A stretch of DNA of 26,877 nt from Candidatus Fervidifonticultor quintus (GTDB lineage: Bacteria; Sysuimicrobiota; Sysuimicrobiia; Sysuimicrobiales; Humicultoraceae). Under the pieces are notes generated by a model. That model did no database searches and was not told the origin of the DNA. It worked only from the letters and a program-made list of their open reading frames with translations. The stretch lies in NCBI GenBank assembly GCA_031459535.1, contig JAVKIJ010000041.1, positions 1 to 26,877 on the forward strand, in the 5' to 3' direction. Position numbers and translations under genes: made by a program. Numbering within the stretch: position 1 is the first letter of the stretch; every line of letters begins with the position of its first letter. This document shows positions 26,508 through 26,877 of the stretch, one piece after another.

Positions 26508-26877
26508 CTACTTGCGCGTCAGCGCCAGCGCCCGCAGGTGCACCGGCCACCAGGGATGCTGAGCCAGCACCTCCAGCCCGCCCACCGACTTCTTGGCGGC
26601 GAGCAGGTTCGTGTTGGACACCAGCGGCACCCAGACCGCGGACTCTACGATGATGCGCTGCGCGAACTGGAGCGCCTTCTCCCGCTCGGCATCGTCGAGC
26701 GCGTTGCTGGCCGTATCCAGCGCCTTGTCCAGCACGGGGTTGGGCCAGCGTGAGAAGTTGCTCGAAGGGATGTTCACCGAATGGGTCAGGAACGTGAGGT
26801 ACGGCTGGGCGAGCCACCAGGTGTTCCGGAAGATCCCGATGTCGAAATTGCCGGCCCGGGCCCGGTCGTAGGTGGCA
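26508..26877 (-). CDS. Peptide ABC transporter substrate-binding protein (family 5), C-terminal part; 5' end outside window
   Basis: Frame stays open to the window end: ...RAGNFDIGIFRNTWW...SSNFSRWPNPVLDKALDTA...AQRIIVESAVWVPL, a typical SBP_bac_5 C-terminus, upstream of the two permeases. Confidence 0.88.
   Translation of the reverse strand, partial: ATYDRARAGNFDIGIFRNTWWLAQPYLTFLTHSVNIPSSNFSRWPNPVLDKALDTASNALDDAEREKALQFAQRIIVESAVWVPLVSNTNLLAAKKSVGGLEVLAQHPWWPVHLRALALTRK

Noticed and set aside
1-26877. CRISPR arrays, tRNA/rRNA, riboswitches, IS/integrase/phage or defence genes
   Set aside because: All intergenic gaps are under about 200 nt with no repeat-spacer pattern or recognisable RNA motif, and no such proteins were seen.

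Overview
High-GC bacterial chromosomal window that is densely coding, with 23 supportable CDS, two of them cut by the window edges. I found no rRNA, tRNA, CRISPR array or mobile element. The left part (1-16.1 kb) is mostly housekeeping: feoAB, a DUF885-like metallopeptidase, an orphan membrane protein, the cluster cell-wall amidase-rph-rdgB, an LLM/F420-type oxidoreductase, an M3 oligoendopeptidase, pyk, a fused membrane/spermidine-synthase-like protein and maeB. The right part (16.2-26.9 kb) is one tightly packed minus-strand run. In order it holds a peptide ABC transporter (SBP, two permeases), a tandem USP, pgsB, pgsC, a pgsW-like gene, an exported DUF6305-like protein, a lid-less gamma-glutamyltransferase, a DctM-like permease, a 47-aa two-helix membrane protein hidden in the ORF track, and an exported M14/AstE-like zinc hydrolase. 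I read this as a non-canonical poly-gamma-glutamate (PGA) locus that lacks pgsA/capA and carries an apparent depolymerisation and transport module. It is the most interesting system here. Secondary observations are a recurrent sigmaH-like AGG-N18/19-GAA motif in several intergenic regions and DtxR/MntR-like boxes upstream of feoA. All family assignments come from motif recognition by eye, not database searches.
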